NCBI GenBank assembly: GCA_039621445.1 | Contig: CP154954.1 | Coordinates: 16,448,140-16,512,139 of the forward strand | Source of the DNA: Euglena gracilis | Lineage: Eukaryota | Reading direction: 5' to 3' | Length of the DNA: 64,000 nt | Shown: positions 61,902 through 64,000 of the stretch, piece after piece | Numbering within the stretch: the stretch's first letter is position 1 | How the letters are laid out: every line of letters begins with the position of its first letter | Program-made: the position numbers and the translations under genes | The notes under the pieces: generated by a model | Told to the model about the DNA's origin: nothing | The model's database searches: none | Seen by the model: only the letters and a program-made list of their open reading frames with translations

Positions 61902-64000
61902 ATGGGGGGTCGTGCTGAGTGAACACCCTGCTGAAGGCGGGGTTCTCATCTACTTTTTACCTATTTTCTGAAAAAGCTTGACCCCAAATATTGACCTAAA
62001 AAGTGGGTCTGCCAGACCCCCTCCACCGGGGTGGGGTGGGATGGGTGAGGGGAGACCCCCTGCCACCGGTCTTTAAGAAATCCCCGATAGAAAAAAAAAT
62101 GAGAGTCCCCTGGAATACACAGAGTCCCCTGGAATACGTGAAGGGAAGCGTTACTATTTCGTGAGGGACGCATTCTGCTGTGCGGTTGTGGGGCAATAAG
62201 TTTTGTTTCCGTCTGCCGTTCTGTGGCAAAATTGGTTACCCAAGCCTCCTTGGAGCCTGCGCGGAGCCTGGTAACCTGAGCCTCTGCAGAGGCTCATCAA
62301 AAAAAAAATCAACTTCAGAATCCCCAGACAATCTGTTGAAATGCAACAGATTTTTTGTGTAAATACCAGGAGAAAAAAGCTCCGAGGTATATGCAAAGCT
62401 CCGAGCAGATACGCAAAATAAGAAAAGTATGGAAAATATGTAACTTTCATTGGCGGAATGGTAAATTATTTAAAAACCTTCCCTTTAATACTTTTTTTGA
62501 TTTATGCCAGAATATTGCAAGTTGTGCAACCTCTGTTTGTAATAAAGCTGGTTTGAAAACGTGCCTAAAAGTGCGGGGATTGCAAATTCTTTTAGGACCT
62601 GGGGGGTCAGCACTTGGGGCGGGCCACAATTGCAGGGAGGGGAAAACCGCAACATGGACCCTCAAAAAACGCGATGCAAATAAATGAAAAATAAACGTGA
62701 AAAATGCAAAAAAAAACGATAATTGTATGTAAAAATTTTTGCAGAGCTCCGGAGCTACGGAGCTCCCCCCGAAATGCAAAACGCCTTCCCCCCCTGCACA
62801 TTTGAAAACGAGGATTGGGTGGCCAACGTTGGGGCGCCTAACTTACATTCGCTATTCTCGGCGGGTCATATCCAAAAATAGGGTCAAATTCAAATGGCCC
62901 CGAGCAAGATTGCACTTTGAGGTCAGAGACGTATAGGGACGTCAAGTTTGCAAATGCAAATAACCAATTGACAATTCTCCGGACAACCCTGTTTTTTTTT
63001 TGCGACAACCTTAGAAGCAGAAAATGAAGACCTTTTCTGTATTTAAATCCCAGCCCCAAATGCTTTCAACCGAATTCTTATTCACGATTAAAACTTGAAC
63101 GTCTTATAACTGGTTGTGAATGCCAAAATTTGGCAAACTCGACAGAAAAACTTCTGGAAATTTGTGAGATACACCAAAATATTTGCAACGTGAGTACGGG
63201 TGAGGGAGTCAGTACGTTCTTTAAAGACCGGGGAGGGGAGTCCCCTGAAGCATCCACTCTCCCCCCTGGGGTTCAACATTCGAAAATACCTGGATCCCGC
63301 TCAAAAAAAATATAGGGTGGACATTGGGGGGGGGTTAACCCAAACCCGAACCAACACCCAAACATTAATACCTATCTCCAACAACAACCCATAATAAGCA
63401 ATAAATGTGCAAAATTGTGAATGTTTCAATCAGTTTTTTGGGAGGCAATCCGCCTGGAGGTGTACGTGGTCTCACCACATTCTGCACAAAGGGCCACTCA
63501 CTTTGAAGCTCAGTAAGCCTGCCTCACCACACTGTCTGCCCAACGTCGAAGACGCCTGGCCAATGTCACTGTTTTGGTGCTGTCATCGTCGGTCAAACAT
63601 GAAGGCAGCACCTTGCAGGCCACAGGCAGCTGTAGCAAACACCAGGGGGGGGGGGTGGGAGAGGTTTGGTTTTGGGGTGCCGCCGAGGGCGAGGGGAAGA
63701 TAATGTGGGGCCAGCCACGCCAACAAACCGTCGTCCCAGTTGCCCAGGCCAGGTGACTGGCATGGATTAGCCACCTACCCCTTGGGAGGATGGGGTTTGG
63801 ACTGACCCCCTGTAAACTTTCTGGGCCAATCTTTTTTGGCACCTTGGCAGTATCCAAAAAACATTCATGGATCTATTCAATGCGCTTTGGAAAAGTAATT
63901 TGGTGTCAAATGGCTTCTATTTCAGAGGACAACAAAAAATTACAGCATTTCGGGTTATTGGTGTCCATCAGACTTTTTGGAGGAAACATTTTGTCAAAAA
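61902..64000 (+). repeat. Duplicated block, copy 2 (runs off the window end)
   Basis: Matches 25117-27200. Confidence 0.95.

Noticed and set aside
25117-64000. The two 2.1-kb direct repeats as LTRs of one giant element
   Set aside because: No TG...CA ends, primer-binding site, polypurine tract or TSD are visible, the interior is a mix of unrelated relics, and the second copy is cut by the window end.

Overview
Eukaryotic, gene-poor, repeat-dominated DNA. It has long G/C and A/T homopolymers, many microsatellites and short 39-48 nt candidate spliceosomal introns. This looks like a protist, possibly a euglenid, but that is a weak inference. I find no intact host protein-coding gene, rRNA, tRNA or CRISPR array, and nearly all of the ORF track is noise. 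The first ~36.4 kb is a nested transposon graveyard. It holds three hAT-type MITEs with perfect 8-bp target-site duplications (TSDs) and an internally deleted Tc1/mariner element (TA TSD, 30-bp terminal inverted repeats (TIRs), D37E spacing, three in-frame candidate introns). It also holds Penelope-like RT and hAT remnants and local duplications. The most unusual item here is a 3.33-kb TIR-bounded element (16384-19713) with degenerate PHD/PWWP-like, CxC5-like and KDZ (Kyakuja-Dileera-Zisupton)-like coding remnants and 13 copies of an 18-bp palindrome. From ~36.46 to 61.54 kb lies a ~25-kb complex satellite built from 300-500 bp modules. It shows higher-order periods of about 1.5-1.7, 3.25, 5.0 and 7.4 kb, a diverged left edge in which one module is inverted, and a captured 579-bp Ty3/gypsy RT fragment. 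The last 2.1 kb duplicates 25.1-27.2 kb. All protein-family calls come from motif recognition by eye and need profile searches.
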